Assembly (NCBI GenBank): GCA_963733195.1
Contig: CAVTCR010000050.1
Span: 32,001-96,000, forward strand
Source of the DNA: an uncultured delta proteobacterium
GTDB taxonomy: Bacteria; Desulfobacterota; Binatia; Bin18
Reading direction: 5' to 3'
DNA length: 64,000 nucleotides
The position numbers and the translations under genes were made by a program. Positions 21,841-33,601 of the stretch are shown piece by piece. Every line of letters begins with the position of its first letter. The first letter of the stretch is position 1. The notes under the pieces were generated by a model. It did not search any database, was not told where the DNA came from, and was given only the letters and a program-made list of their open reading frames with translations.

Positions 21841-22590
21841 TCAAAGAGAGAGCACATGACGCAGTTCCGGAATGGCGCGCACAACGTACTGCGGTGACGG
21901 AAACTCTTCGGGTAACGGAGCATCCTGCGCGTTAACCCACGCAACGTCCATTCCGACCCCAGAGGCCCCACGAATATCATCTTGGGGCGAATCACCCACA
22001 AACAAGGCATCTCGGGGCTCAACTCCGAGGTCCGTCAGGGTATCAATAAAAATGCGAGGGTGAGGCTTCCGCCAACCGTGCTCGTCAGAAATCACAATAT
22101 GTTCGAAGTATTCTGTAGCTCCGTCACGTTCGAGAATATGACGAGCAGTCGCCGCATGATCGAAGTTCGACACTAGGGCAACACGATAGCATTGTTGCGT
22201 GTCAGCAAGCAGCTCACAATGCGTCGAGGGGATATCGGTCGCATCTGCTAGCAATTGCATATGCGATGACGATAAAGCTCGTGCAATGTCTTGTGTGAGT
22301 GGGGAATCCTCTAGCCCGGCACGCGTCAGAATCAAGGAAAAACGATACGCTGAGGAGAATTCGCGCATTTCTCGAGTACGCACTTCGCCCAACTCGCGTG
22401 AGACTTCGGTGTGAGCCGCAAAGAACTGCGAGAAAGGAACTGTGGGCACGGTCTGTTCGACTACCGCACGTAGTTTCCCCATAGTCGACCGTGAAGATCT
22501 GCCTTCCCATTCAAAAATAGGCAACTTCTCTTGGCGGAACAGTGCCACCGTACCAAACAGATCAAAAAGAATGGCACGATATCTCTTCAC
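21841..22590 (-). CDS. HAD-family hydrolase
   Basis: FDLFGT, VSN, RKPHP, FVGDS.DDI.GA motifs. Confidence 0.9.
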   Translation of the reverse strand: MKRYRAILFDLFGTVALFRQEKLPIFEWEGRSSRSTMGKLRAVVEQTVPTVPFSQFFAAHTEVSRELGEVRTREMREFSSAYRFSLILTRAGLEDSPLTQDIARALSSSHMQLLADATDIPSTHCELLADTQQCYRVALVSNFDHAATARHILERDGATEYFEHIVISDEHGWRKPHPRIFIDTLTDLGVEPRDALFVGDSPQDDIRGASGVGMDVAWVNAQDAPLPEEFPSPQYVVRAIPELRHVLSL

Positions 22591-22599
22591 TACACGAAC

Positions 22600-23034
22600 C
22601 TATTGATAGAGAGGCTGTTTCTGTTGTGGATCCAATGGGCGCCTTCCGGCAAACCCTTCCTCTCGACCGTGATAGTAGCGGACTTCTTTTTCCCCGTATT
22701 GCCAACAAAGTTCGACAATTTCACCATCGATTCTCGCGGGGAAATCAACGAGTCCTAATTCGAGCCCTTTAAACAGACAGCCATGCCCCTCAATCTCCTC
22801 AACACTTTGCGAAAGCTGTTCAAACAACGGATGGAGGGCGGGCTTCCGTTGCAGAAGTTGGTGAATCGACAACTGGGCAAGGCTCTCTTCACTCTGCTCT
22901 TCCGTGATAGCGGACATTTCCTCACGAATCATGAGGCTCACCCGCTGCATGCGCTCAAGAATCAGCTCGAATCGTGGCACTAAGGCGTTGGCTTCTGCTA
23001 ACGTAAAAAGTTGCTCATGTGAATCGTCGTGCAT
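22600..23034 (-). CDS. DUF2203-family protein
   Basis: FTLAEANALVP, GLVDFP, LCWQYGE, GFAGRRP motifs. Confidence 0.88.
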   Translation of the reverse strand: MHDDSHEQLFTLAEANALVPRFELILERMQRVSLMIREEMSAITEEQSEESLAQLSIHQLLQRKPALHPLFEQLSQSVEEIEGHGCLFKGLELGLVDFPARIDGEIVELCWQYGEKEVRYYHGREEGFAGRRPLDPQQKQPLYQ

Positions 23035-23154
23035 ATATTGTACTCGGGATAAGAGCGCCACGGTTGTAACCGCTCTTTACCCCTTGTGCAAGCGCAGACC
23101 ATGTATTATCTTTTTTACAGAGATTGTAACCGTATTGTAATGGAGGACGCCTCA

Positions 23155-25605
23155 ATGGCAGACTCGAAATTTAGTGCAAGTGAAGAAGAACAAAGCCAAG
23201 AGAATCGACCGGTTGGCTTTGAAGATGACCTGAGTGGGGTAGTCATTCCCCCAGAGCTTTCTATTTTACCATTACGCGGAGTCGTGATTTTTCCGTCCGC
23301 AATTGTTCCACTGCTGATTTCACGAGGTTCATCACTCAAGCTGGTTGATGATTGTCGCAAAGGAGACAATCTCCTTGGCCTTGCTACGCAAAAGAACCCG
23401 GATGACGAAAACCCAGGGGCACAGGCGCTATACGCACGGGGCTGTGCTGGACGCATCTTAAAGATGCTGAAGTATCCTGATGGCAGTGTCCGAATTCTAG
23501 TCCAAGGCGTCAAACGCATCGAGATACGGGATTACGTGCAATACGACCCCTATTTCCGTGCCCGAGTTGCCCACTTGCAAGATACCTTCGTTCCGTCAAA
23601 AGACCTTGATGCCCTGCAAGCTCACATGGTGAGCCAGTTCGCCAAGTTCGTTTCTATGGTTCCCTATCTTCCTGACGAACTGCAAGGCGTAGTAATGAAC
23701 ATCAAAGACCCAGGACGAGTCTCCGACCTGATCACCTCGAACCTTAATATCTCGGTCGACGAGAAGCAGGATCTGTTGAACACTTTGGAAGTACGTAACC
23801 GGTTGGAGAAGTTATCGTCGATCCTCAACCGTGAGATTGAGCTTGTCGAATTGGGCAACAAGATTCAATCGCAGGTGCAGAGCGAACTTAACAAGAACCA
23901 GAAAGAGTTCTATCTGCGTCAACAGATGCGCGCGATCCAGAAGGAACTCGGAGAAAACGACTCTCGGTCCAATGAGATCGAAGATCTGCGCAAAAAGATT
24001 GACGATGCCAAGATGCCGGAAGAAGCGCGTAAGGCCGCGGACAACGAACTCGAGCGGCTGCGTATGATTCCGCCCGAGTCGGCTGAGCATTCGATGGTCC
24101 GCACCTACCTTGAGTGGTTGGTGAACTTACCGTGGTCGGTCTCGACCGAAGATAATTTAGACATCCACCATGCCCGCCAAGTGTTGGACGAAGATCACTA
24201 TGGCCTTGAGAAAATCAAAGACCGCATTCTTGAATACCTAGCCGTGCGCAAACTGAAGAACGACTCTAAAGGCCCCATCTTGTGTTTTGTCGGCCCGCCG
24301 GGCGTTGGCAAAACCTCCTTGGGACGTTCCATCGCCCGTGCGATGGGGAGGAAATTCGCTCGCCTCTCTCTTGGTGGTGTGCGCGACGAAGCAGAAATTC
24401 GTGGCCATCGACGTACCTACATCGGCTCGCTCCCCGGACGCATCATTCAGTCGCTACGGACAGTGGGCTCACATAATCCGCTGTTCATGCTCGACGAGAT
24501 CGACAAGCTTGGCATGGATTTTCGTGGCGATCCGGCTTCGGCGTTGCTCGAGGTTCTCGATCCCGAACAAAACTTCTCGTTTTCTGACCACTACCTCGAT
24601 GTTCCTTTCGATCTCTCGAGGGTGATGTTTATCACCACAGCAAACTACCTGGAGCCCGTACCGCCAGCGTTGAGGGATCGTATGGAGGTGATCGAACTCG
24701 GAGGATACACTGAAGAAGATAAGCTTGAGATCGCCAAACGCCACCTGCTTCCCAAACAGATCAAAGAGAATGGCCTGACGGATAGCCAGATCTCCTTTGT
24801 TGACGACGCCATTCTTAGCATCGCACGGAGTTACACGCATGAGGCTGGCGTACGAAATCTCGAGCGCGAGATGGGCAGCGTCTGTCGCAAGGTCGCCCGT
24901 GCCGTCACCGAAGGGAAGACCGAGCAGACAGTCGTCACGACCGCCAAACTGCGCGAGTTACTCGGTCCAGAGAAATTTTTCTCCGAAGTCGCGGAACGTA
25001 CCCAGGAGACGGGAGTCGCCACTGGACTCGCCTGGACGCCGAACGGTGGAGAGATTCTCTTTATCGAGTCTACTCGGATGGCAGGGAAAAAAGGACTGAC
25101 GATCACCGGACACTTGGGTGATGTGATGAAAGAGTCGGCACAGGCCGCACTCTCATACGTACGGTCTCGTGCTGACCGGTTAGGCCTCTCTTCGGACTTC
25201 TTTGAAAATTGTGATCTACATATTCACGTCCCAGCGGGAGCCATTCCCAAAGATGGTCCATCCGCGGGTATCACGATCGCTACGTCCTTGTCCTCGTTGC
25301 TCACTAGCCGTCCAGTGCACTCTCACATTGCCATGACCGGAGAAATCACCTTACGCGGCAAAGTTATGCCAATCGGTGGTGTCAAAGAAAAGGTGTTAGC
25401 GGCACGACGTGCTGGGATTACTACGGTGATCCTGCCCAAGCGCAATGAAAAAGATATGGAAGACGTTCCTGCCAACGTCCGACAAGAGATTCAATTTCGC
25501 TTTGTTGAAACGATGGACGATGTCCTCGATATCGCACTAGAGCCTGCAGCTATCCCGATCGATGCCAAACCGTCGAGTTTCCAACGTGTAGTCGCATCTT
25601 CGTAA
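23155..25605 (+). CDS. lon: ATP-dependent Lon protease
   Basis: LPLRG N-domain, GPPGVGKTS, DEIDK, PKDGPSAG catalytic Ser; GGAGG RBS. Confidence 0.97.
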   Translation: MADSKFSASEEEQSQENRPVGFEDDLSGVVIPPELSILPLRGVVIFPSAIVPLLISRGSSLKLVDDCRKGDNLLGLATQKNPDDENPGAQALYARGCAGRILKMLKYPDGSVRILVQGVKRIEIRDYVQYDPYFRARVAHLQDTFVPSKDLDALQAHMVSQFAKFVSMVPYLPDELQGVVMNIKDPGRVSDLITSNLNISVDEKQDLLNTLEVRNRLEKLSSILNREIELVELGNKIQSQVQSELNKNQKEFYLRQQMRAIQKELGENDSRSNEIEDLRKKIDDAKMPEEARKAADNELERLRMIPPESAEHSMVRTYLEWLVNLPWSVSTEDNLDIHHARQVLDEDHYGLEKIKDRILEYLAVRKLKNDSKGPILCFVGPPGVGKTSLGRSIARAMGRKFARLSLGGVRDEAEIRGHRRTYIGSLPGRIIQSLRTVGSHNPLFMLDEIDKLGMDFRGDPASALLEVLDPEQNFSFSDHYLDVPFDLSRVMFITTANYLEPVPPALRDRMEVIELGGYTEEDKLEIAKRHLLPKQIKENGLTDSQISFVDDAILSIARSYTHEAGVRNLEREMGSVCRKVARAVTEGKTEQTVVTTAKLRELLGPEKFFSEVAERTQETGVATGLAWTPNGGEILFIESTRMAGKKGLTITGHLGDVMKESAQAALSYVRSRADRLGLSSDFFENCDLHIHVPAGAIPKDGPSAGITIATSLSSLLTSRPVHSHIAMTGEITLRGKVMPIGGVKEKVLAARRAGITTVILPKRNEKDMEDVPANVRQEIQFRFVETMDDVLDIALEPAAIPIDAKPSSFQRVVASS

Positions 25606-25654
25606 ACATGCAGTAGGGACATACTCGACGGACCTTCGTGGTTCTGAAACGACC

Positions 25655-25687
25655 AACGGGAGGCGTACCTGCCTCCCGTTTTCTTTA
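25655..25687 (+). terminator. Rho-independent terminator after lon
   Basis: aacgggaggc-gtacct-gcctcccgtt followed by ttcttt. Confidence 0.7.
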
Positions 25688-25698
25688 AGGAAATAGGA

Positions 25699-26580
25699 AT
25701 GACACCAAAAGTGAGAAAAGCGGTGATCCCTGCCGCTGGTCTTGGTACTCGCCTTCTGCCTGTCACTAAAACCGTACCGAAAGAACTCCTGCTCGTTGTG
25801 GACCGTCCAGCCACACAATATGCGATAGAAGAAGCCGTTGCCGCCGGCATCGAAGAGATCGTGTTCATCATTAGCGAGAACAAAGAGAACATTGGCCATT
25901 ATTTCTCACCGGCTCCAGCGCTCGATACTTGGCTTGCCGACCAAGGTAAAGCCTCACTTTTAGATAATCTGAACACGTTGTTAGCGCATGTTCGGACGCG
26001 TTGCGTCTATCAGGATCAACCCCGTGGACTTGGACACGCCGTCCTCTGTGCTCGTGAGGCCGTAGGCGATGAACCATGTATCGTGATCTTGCCAGACGAT
26101 CTTGGCGAAGCCGACCCTCCACTCGCCGCCCAGCTCTTACGAGTGTACGAACGTAAGGGCACAGGCGTCGTAGCACTAGAACGCATTCCACGTGACGATA
26201 TCCATCGTTACGGTGTCATCGCTGGCACAGAGCGCGAACCACGGACCTATGAAATCTCCGACATGGTAGAAAAACCACCGCGTGGGACTGAACCTTCAGA
26301 TCTCGCTATTATTGGCCGCTACGTTCTTCCTGCCGAGATTTTCCCCATCCTAGAGCGCGTTCAACCTGGGGCCGGTGGAGAAATCCAATTGACCGATGGC
26401 CTTAAGGTACTCCGGCAACGGCGTGGGCTTTTTGGTTACGAGTTCACCGGACGGCGTCACGATGTCGGTACTGTTCCGGGTTTCCTTGAAACAACGGTAC
26501 GTCTTGCACTCAATAATCCTGCCACACAAGAGAAAATGCACACCCTCATTCGCGAATTGTACGCTGAGATCTCTAAGTAA
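25699..26580 (+). CDS. galU: UTP--glucose-1-phosphate uridylyltransferase
   Basis: KAVIPAAGLGTR, PKELL, QPRGLGHAV, VEKP, GEIQLTD motifs. Confidence 0.93.
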   Translation: MTPKVRKAVIPAAGLGTRLLPVTKTVPKELLLVVDRPATQYAIEEAVAAGIEEIVFIISENKENIGHYFSPAPALDTWLADQGKASLLDNLNTLLAHVRTRCVYQDQPRGLGHAVLCAREAVGDEPCIVILPDDLGEADPPLAAQLLRVYERKGTGVVALERIPRDDIHRYGVIAGTEREPRTYEISDMVEKPPRGTEPSDLAIIGRYVLPAEIFPILERVQPGAGGEIQLTDGLKVLRQRRGLFGYEFTGRRHDVGTVPGFLETTVRLALNNPATQEKMHTLIRELYAEISK

Positions 26581-26620
26581 ACGTTCGCATTTCCTACCCC
26601 ATCTCTCAGTTGGAGCCATT

Positions 26621-27805
26621 ATGGAGCTAACCACCATCGAACAGTTGCCATTGCAGGGTAAACGCGTTTTCATTCGCGTTGATTTTAACGTGCCACTCAA
26701 CAAGGCGGGAGAAGTTACTGACGACACGCGTATTCGCGAAGCGCTCCCAACTATTCGTTACGCGCGTCAACAAGGAGCCAAAGTATTGCTCGCCTCTCAC
26801 CTTGGTCGTCCAAAGGGAAAAGTCGACCCAGCGTTTAGTCTCAGACCGGCAGCAGAACGATTGGCAGTATTATTAAGCACAACAGTTCCTCTTGCTGCAG
26901 ATTGTGTAGGCCCAACGGTACTAGCGACTATCGATCAGCTTGCAACTGGTGATGTTCTCGTCCTGGAGAACTTGCGGTTTCATCCTGAGGAAGAAAAAAA
27001 TGAAGCGGGATTTGCTCGCGATCTTGCCAATCTCGCTGACGTCTATGTCAATGATGCGTTTGGCTCCTCGCACCGTGCGCATGCATCAGTCGTCGGCATG
27101 GTCTCACATTACGTTCATAAAGGTGTCGGGTTCTTGATGCGGAAAGAAGTCGCGGCACTCTCTCGCTTGCTACAATCCCCAGATCGTCCGTTCGTGGCCA
27201 TTCTTGGTGGAGCAAAAGTCTCTGACAAAATCGGCCTGATCGGGAGTTTGCTCACACGAGCAGATACCATCATCATCGGCGGGGCAATGGCCTATACATT
27301 GCTCCAGGCACAAGGAGTGCACATTGGCAAGTCATTAGTTGAACCTGACAAGATTCACGAAGTGCAAGACATACTCGCCAAGGCAAAGGAGCAAGGGGTG
27401 ACAATCCTTGTTCCGCAAGATCACGTCGTTGTCGCAGAATTGCAACCCGGAGCTTCCGCATCCATTACTTCCGGGCCTGAGATTCAAAGCGACCAGCTTG
27501 GTGTTGATATTGGCCCACGCAGTATTGAGACCTTTCGTAGCGCGCTGCGCTCAGCACGGACGATTTTGTGGAATGGTCCAATGGGGGTGTTCGAGATGGC
27601 ACCCTTCGACCGTGGCACGCGAGCGCTCGCAGAAACCGTCGCGACAACAACATGCTTCAGCGTCGTGGGTGGAGGTGACACTGTAGCCGCACTCACTCAG
27701 GCTGGACTTGCAGAGAAAGTCAGTCACCTCTCGACTGGGGGAGGCGCCTCGCTCGAGTTCTTGGAAGCGGGAGACTTACCTGGGCTTGCAGCACTCCGTG
27801 TATAA
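26621..27805 (+). CDS. pgk: Phosphoglycerate kinase
   Basis: RVDFNVP, SHLGRP, LENLRF, GGAKVSDK, STGGGASLE motifs. Confidence 0.97.
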   Translation: MELTTIEQLPLQGKRVFIRVDFNVPLNKAGEVTDDTRIREALPTIRYARQQGAKVLLASHLGRPKGKVDPAFSLRPAAERLAVLLSTTVPLAADCVGPTVLATIDQLATGDVLVLENLRFHPEEEKNEAGFARDLANLADVYVNDAFGSSHRAHASVVGMVSHYVHKGVGFLMRKEVAALSRLLQSPDRPFVAILGGAKVSDKIGLIGSLLTRADTIIIGGAMAYTLLQAQGVHIGKSLVEPDKIHEVQDILAKAKEQGVTILVPQDHVVVAELQPGASASITSGPEIQSDQLGVDIGPRSIETFRSALRSARTILWNGPMGVFEMAPFDRGTRALAETVATTTCFSVVGGGDTVAALTQAGLAEKVSHLSTGGGASLEFLEAGDLPGLAALRV

Positions 27806-27923
27806 GTGGGTGAAGGAACCTCACTCACAGCCAGTGGCCCCCTTTTCTGGGTATTACTTTTTTGCTACACAAGGTGCACCTCTCCATATTAGGATGAGGC
27901 GGCAAGGAAAGGAGCCATTAAAG

Positions 27924-28595
<672 letters not shown>

Positions 28596-28631
28596 ACACG
28601 AATGGCGTAGACCCTTACTCAACTGGACGGG

Positions 28632-28666
28632 ACGCCAAGGTAGAATTCCACCTTGGCGTTTCTTTT
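28632..28666 (+). terminator. Rho-independent terminator after the OmpA-family gene
   Basis: acgccaaggt-agaattcc-accttggcgt followed by ttctttt. Confidence 0.75.
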
Positions 28667-28701
28667 ATCAACGCGGCTGATAGATTATAGAGAGGGAACG
28701 T

Positions 28702-29226
28702 ATGCAAACGATCATGAGCGGCTCAAGGGAACGATTCCACTCTCTTATTTGTATTATTATTGCCGGGCTTCTCATGTTCCCTGCCCTTACAGGTGCCGCC
28801 GAAAAAACTGTCAAGAAGGCAGCGACCAAGCAGAGTAAAACCAAGAAAGCTGCCTCCCCCCAGGCAAAAACAAGCCCAAAAGTCGATGAGAACACAGCCC
28901 GAACAGCTTTTGAGACCTTTACTCAGGAGTGGATGACGAAACTCGCCGAAGCCGAAGAGTTTCAACGAGCGCAAAAGATCAAAGTGACACAACTCTCTGA
29001 CGGTTACTCTGCAGAATATGTGGGATATCTGCCCCAACGCGTCATTGAGGTGAAGAAAACAGAATACGAGGAGACGCCTTTTGTTGGCACTCTCACTTAC
29101 TACGAACGCACCCTTCGCTGTACAGCGAAAACCAAAGAGCAAGCATTGCAAGGTCCGTTTGAACAAGTACAAACCTCTCCTGTACGAGAAATTTTTCGTT
29201 TTACCAAAGGGAAATGGGTCTATTAG
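28702..29226 (+). CDS. Exported hypothetical protein
   Basis: Signal peptide, Lys-rich linker, C-terminal EIFRFTKGKWVY. Confidence 0.7.
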   Translation: MQTIMSGSRERFHSLICIIIAGLLMFPALTGAAEKTVKKAATKQSKTKKAASPQAKTSPKVDENTARTAFETFTQEWMTKLAEAEEFQRAQKIKVTQLSDGYSAEYVGYLPQRVIEVKKTEYEETPFVGTLTYYERTLRCTAKTKEQALQGPFEQVQTSPVREIFRFTKGKWVY

Positions 29227-29344
29227 GGTTCCAGGGCGACACCTCTTGCTGAAAAAATCCCTCCTACGCTTGTCACGATCTTGTCCCCACCTTAGATCCG
29301 TGACACACAGAGAATCTACGCAACACCATTCCTGGTGAGGCACG

Positions 29345-30736
29345 TTGATGACAAACTGTATAAATAGGTGGCATTTTTTTCAGACTATTCTCTCTCTCAC
29401 GTTTCTTTCTCTTTCTCCTCACCTGCTCCTAGCCGAAGAGAAAAACTGGCAAGTAACGCAGGAAACGCTCCCTAACGGTTTACAAGTCGTCATGCTTGAA
29501 GACCATCGTGCTCCGGTCGTTACTTTACAGGTGTGGTACAAAGTCGGGTCCCGCAATGAACGTACTGGCATTACCGGTATCTCTCACTTGCTCGAACACA
29601 TCATGTTTCGTGGTACGCCCAAGTACGGCCAGGGCGAATTTTCCCGCCTCGTACAAGATAAGGGAGGCTCGCACAATGCCTTCACCTCAGATGACCAAAC
29701 CGTCTACTTCGAGAATATAGCGTCTTCCCATCTCGACCTATTGCTTGAACTTGAAGCTGACCGGATGGCCAACCTTACCCTTGATGAAGCGAGTTTTTCT
29801 GCCGAACGCAAGATCGTTATGGAAGAGCGCCGCTTGCGTACCGCGGACGAGCCTGCCGCAGATTTGTATGAGCAAGTAAGTGCAGCGGCCTATACCGCTC
29901 ACCCGTACGGCTGGCCAGTCGTCGGCTGGATGAGTGATCTCGAAAACATGACGCTTGTTGACGTGAAAGCCTATAGACAGCTCTTCTATGCGCCAAGCAA
30001 CGCTATTCTTGTTGTTGCTGGGGATATTTCTCCAGAGACACTACTGCCAAAAATTAAAGCCACCTTTGGCGCAATTCCTGCCGGGAAGCCAACACCAAAA
30101 GTGACATCCGAAGAACCTCCACAGCGAGGAGAGCGTCGCGTAACGCTCAAGCGACCCGCTTCATTGCCGCTCTATGTTGCTGCCTATCATGTACCCAACC
30201 TCAAAAGCGAAGACAGTTTCCCCTTAGCACTGCTATCTGTAGTGCTTGCTGGGGGTCGGAGCTCACGCCTCCAATCCTCACTTGTAGAACGGAAAGCGCT
30301 CGCCCTTGGGGCCGATGCTAGTTATGACCAGTCGTCGCAAGACCCATCTCTCTTCACACTGTCAATGCGCCTCGCTCCTGGAAAACGCGTGCAAGATGCT
30401 GAACGTGCGCTCTATCAAGAAGTAGAACTATTGAAGAGGAAACGCGTCAGTCCAAAAGAACTGAATCGCGCCAAGAATTTAGTGGAATCATCGTTCGTCT
30501 ACGGCCAAGATTCGCTCTTCTATCGCGCCATGCAGCTGGGTGAGTACGCCTCGTTAGGCAACTGGGCACTCATTCACAAGTTCATCCCAGGAATCCGTGC
30601 GGTCTCTGCTGCCGACCTCCAGCGTGTGGCAAAGACTTATCTCGGTGAAGATAACCGTACTGTTGGGATACTGATTCCAGAAGGGAAACCAATTCGCGAA
30701 CGGCCGTCCAGTGCAGCGAGAGGACCTTTACATTAA
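29345..30736 (+). CDS. M16 (pitrilysin) zinc peptidase, catalytic subunit
   Basis: HLLEH inverted zincin motif, NAFT, ERRLR; signal peptide. Confidence 0.92.
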   Translation: MMTNCINRWHFFQTILSLTFLSLSPHLLLAEEKNWQVTQETLPNGLQVVMLEDHRAPVVTLQVWYKVGSRNERTGITGISHLLEHIMFRGTPKYGQGEFSRLVQDKGGSHNAFTSDDQTVYFENIASSHLDLLLELEADRMANLTLDEASFSAERKIVMEERRLRTADEPAADLYEQVSAAAYTAHPYGWPVVGWMSDLENMTLVDVKAYRQLFYAPSNAILVVAGDISPETLLPKIKATFGAIPAGKPTPKVTSEEPPQRGERRVTLKRPASLPLYVAAYHVPNLKSEDSFPLALLSVVLAGGRSSRLQSSLVERKALALGADASYDQSSQDPSLFTLSMRLAPGKRVQDAERALYQEVELLKRKRVSPKELNRAKNLVESSFVYGQDSLFYRAMQLGEYASLGNWALIHKFIPGIRAVSAADLQRVAKTYLGEDNRTVGILIPEGKPIRERPSSAARGPLH

Positions 30737-30787
30737 AGGCACTCACCAGCCCTTCCTCTCCATCCTGGAGACACGAAAGAATTAACG

Positions 30788-32110
30788 ATGAAACTCCGGC
30801 CATTTTATCTCGTGCTATTACTGCTCCTCTGTGCAGGGTCAATCCACGCGGCTCCTCTTGGCACCCGTACCATGCTCGATAACGGCGCTATTCTTTTGGT
30901 TGCCGAGCGTCCTAGTATTCCCATGGTTGTCATTAACATCTTGCTCAAGAGTGGAGCAGCAGCAGATCCAACTGGTAAAGAGGGCGTCGCCAACCTCACG
31001 GCAGAACTCTTAACACGTGGCACCAAGCAACACTCGGCTCAAGCTCTTGCGGAAGAGCTTGACTTTCTCGGTGCATCACTTGGAGTCGATGCCGACCTCG
31101 AAACCACCTCGATAACCTTGACAACCCTGACGAAGAATCTTTCAGCGTCGCTGACTTTGCTAGCTGAGGTTCTCACCTCTCCCACCTTCCCAGTTGCCGA
31201 GTTAGAAAAGAAACGTACAGAAATTACCGGAGGCTTGCAAAGCCGCGAGGAAGATCCCGGATGGGTCGCACAGCGAGCTTTTCTTGAAAAACTCTATCCA
31301 CAACATCCCTATGGGCGATTAGTCGAAGGGCAGACAGCAACACTCGCAGCATTAAAACGCGAAGATGTCGTCGCCTTCCATCAAACACATTATCGTCCCA
31401 ATAACGCAATTATTGCCATTGCTGGTGATATTACCCAAGAGCAATTCGAGAAGCTTCTTCGCACCCATTTTGTTGAATGGCAGCGTGGCGATATCCCGAA
31501 CCTCACCTGGCCAGAAGAGCAACAACCAGCGGCAATGCAACTAACCCTCGACAAGAAGGTTGCGCAAGCAAATGTCATCCTGGGTCATATTGGTGTTACA
31601 CGAGCCAATCCTGATTATTACACCGTACAGGTCATGAACTACATTCTCGGTGGCGGCGGTTTCGGGTCTCGTTTGATGGACAAGATTCGCGAAGAGCTCG
31701 CGCTTGTGTATTCTATCGGCAGCAGCTTTAGCGCTCGCAAACATGCCGGACCGTTTACCGTTGTCCTGCAGACCAAGAATGCCAGCACAACCCAAGCCGT
31801 AGAAGAATCACTAAAAGTGATCTCTCGCTTTATCGAAGAAGGACCGACAGAGAAAGAAGTCACCGAAGCAAAAGCATATTTGGTCAATAGCTTTCCGCTC
31901 CGTTTGGTCTCCAACCGTGACGTTGCTTCTCTGCTTCCAGTTCTCGAGTTTCACAACCTTGGACTCGATTATCCAGACCGCTATCCAACACTCATCGGAC
32001 AGATCACCCGCGAGCAGGTCCATACGGCAGCAAAAACTTACCTCCACTCAGATCACATACTGCAGGTGATCGTTGCAGACTTGACACAGGCTGGATTGGT
32101 AAAACAGTGA
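30788..32110 (+). CDS. M16 peptidase partner subunit (no HxxEH)
   Basis: ILGGGGFGSRL..IREE..LVY R/Y motif; follows the catalytic subunit. Confidence 0.9.
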   Translation: MKLRPFYLVLLLLLCAGSIHAAPLGTRTMLDNGAILLVAERPSIPMVVINILLKSGAAADPTGKEGVANLTAELLTRGTKQHSAQALAEELDFLGASLGVDADLETTSITLTTLTKNLSASLTLLAEVLTSPTFPVAELEKKRTEITGGLQSREEDPGWVAQRAFLEKLYPQHPYGRLVEGQTATLAALKREDVVAFHQTHYRPNNAIIAIAGDITQEQFEKLLRTHFVEWQRGDIPNLTWPEEQQPAAMQLTLDKKVAQANVILGHIGVTRANPDYYTVQVMNYILGGGGFGSRLMDKIREELALVYSIGSSFSARKHAGPFTVVLQTKNASTTQAVEESLKVISRFIEEGPTEKEVTEAKAYLVNSFPLRLVSNRDVASLLPVLEFHNLGLDYPDRYPTLIGQITREQVHTAAKTYLHSDHILQVIVADLTQAGLVKQ

Positions 32111-32113
32111 CAC

Positions 32114-32185
32114 AGGACTGAGCGCTGAGGACTGAGTGTAGAGCATTGGTTCGTTCCGCTCAGTCCTCGTTGCTCAATCCTCTCA
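32114..32185. repeat. Inverted heptamer-repeat hairpin (GGACTGA / TCAGTCC)
   Basis: ggactga gcgctga ggactga...ctcagtcctc...tcaatcctcagc between convergent genes. Confidence 0.7.
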
Positions 32186-32187
32186 GC

Positions 32188-33432
32188 TTACGGATAAATC
32201 CCGCGCAACTGCACTGCCTCAGCGACTCGATCGATGGCCAACACCTGGGCAGCAGTGCGCATATCAATGTTCTTTTCGTGTGATACGCGCAATATCTGGT
32301 TGAAACTCCGGACCATAATTTGCCGCAGCCGCTCGTTGATCTCGTCCTCTCCCCAAAAAAACGACTGCAGATCCTGAACCCACTCAAAATAAGAAACAGT
32401 CACACCGCCGGCATTGCAGAGGATATCCGGAATGACGAACACCCCGTTTTCTTGCAAAATCTGATCTGCCTCAGGAGTCAACGGGCCGTTAGCGCCTTCC
32501 GCAACGATTTTCGCCTTGACACGATGGGCATTGGCCGCGGTAATTTGATTCTCCATAGCGCAGGGCATGAGGACCTCACAATCGAGTTCGAGCAAATCGG
32601 GATTGCTGATCGCGTCTCCTTGCGGAAAGCCCCCAACCGATCCCCGTGTTGTCGTGTACGTACGCAAGGCTGTCAGATCGAGGCCGTGCGGATTATACAC
32701 ACCACCACTGACATCACTGACAGCGATCACCTTCGCTCCGCGCTCTTGAGCAAGATACGCAGCTGGTCCACCCACTTTGCCAAAGCCTTGCACTGCCACC
32801 CGTGTGTTCTCCAGCAAAAGATTTTTGCGCTTGAGTGCTTCAATCATCGTTATCACTACACCACGACCAGTGGCTTCCGCTCGCCCCAGAGAGCCACCAA
32901 TCGCCACAGGTTTTCCGGTGACAACAGCCGGAACTGAATACCCATGATGCATGGAATAGGTATCCATAATCCACGCCATTTCACGCTCACCTGTCCCAAT
33001 ATCAGGGGCAGGAATGTCACCCTGGGGGCTCATCAGCACACTGATCTCCGTAGCATAACGTCGTGTGAGTTTCTCTAATTCATGCACGGAAAGTTTCTTT
33101 GGCTCACATATTACCCCACCTTTTGCCCCACCGTAGGGAATGCCAACAACAGCACATTTCCATGTCATCCACATCGCCAAGGCACGGACTTCGTCCAGCG
33201 TCGTTGCCGGGTGATAGCGAATCCCGCCTTTGGTCGGGCCAAGTGCTGTATTGTGATGCACCCGGTAGCCAGTAAAAACACGGACGGACTTATCTTCCAT
33301 TTCGACCGGAAAATTCACGGTGATCTCACGCTTTGGCACCCGTAAATAGTCCGCAATCCCTGGTGGTAAGTTCAAATGTTGCAATGCGTTGTCAAACTGC
33401 CATAACGCCGTCTTATAAGCCGATTCCACCAT
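32188..33432 (-). CDS. gdhA: Glu/Leu/Phe/Val dehydrogenase (glutamate dehydrogenase)
   Basis: GPTKGGIRY, MTWKC, GGAKGG, DIPAPD, QGFGKVG, NAGGVTVSYFEWVQ motifs. Confidence 0.92.
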   Translation of the reverse strand: MVESAYKTALWQFDNALQHLNLPPGIADYLRVPKREITVNFPVEMEDKSVRVFTGYRVHHNTALGPTKGGIRYHPATTLDEVRALAMWMTWKCAVVGIPYGGAKGGVICEPKKLSVHELEKLTRRYATEISVLMSPQGDIPAPDIGTGEREMAWIMDTYSMHHGYSVPAVVTGKPVAIGGSLGRAEATGRGVVITMIEALKRKNLLLENTRVAVQGFGKVGGPAAYLAQERGAKVIAVSDVSGGVYNPHGLDLTALRTYTTTRGSVGGFPQGDAISNPDLLELDCEVLMPCAMENQITAANAHRVKAKIVAEGANGPLTPEADQILQENGVFVIPDILCNAGGVTVSYFEWVQDLQSFFWGEDEINERLRQIMVRSFNQILRVSHEKNIDMRTAAQVLAIDRVAEAVQLRGIYP

Positions 33433-33601
33433 TGCGTCCTCCTTCTTCCCCACAAATGCATTCAGCATGCTAGCATATTTTCCTCTGTAGGTCGCGCGTA
33501 GACGAGGGTGACTCCGGTACACCCCTCCTCCATTCGTTACCCTTTCGTCACCCTTGCTCATTCACGCATAGTGATATAGAGGTGGGGACCGTTCTATCGT
33601 C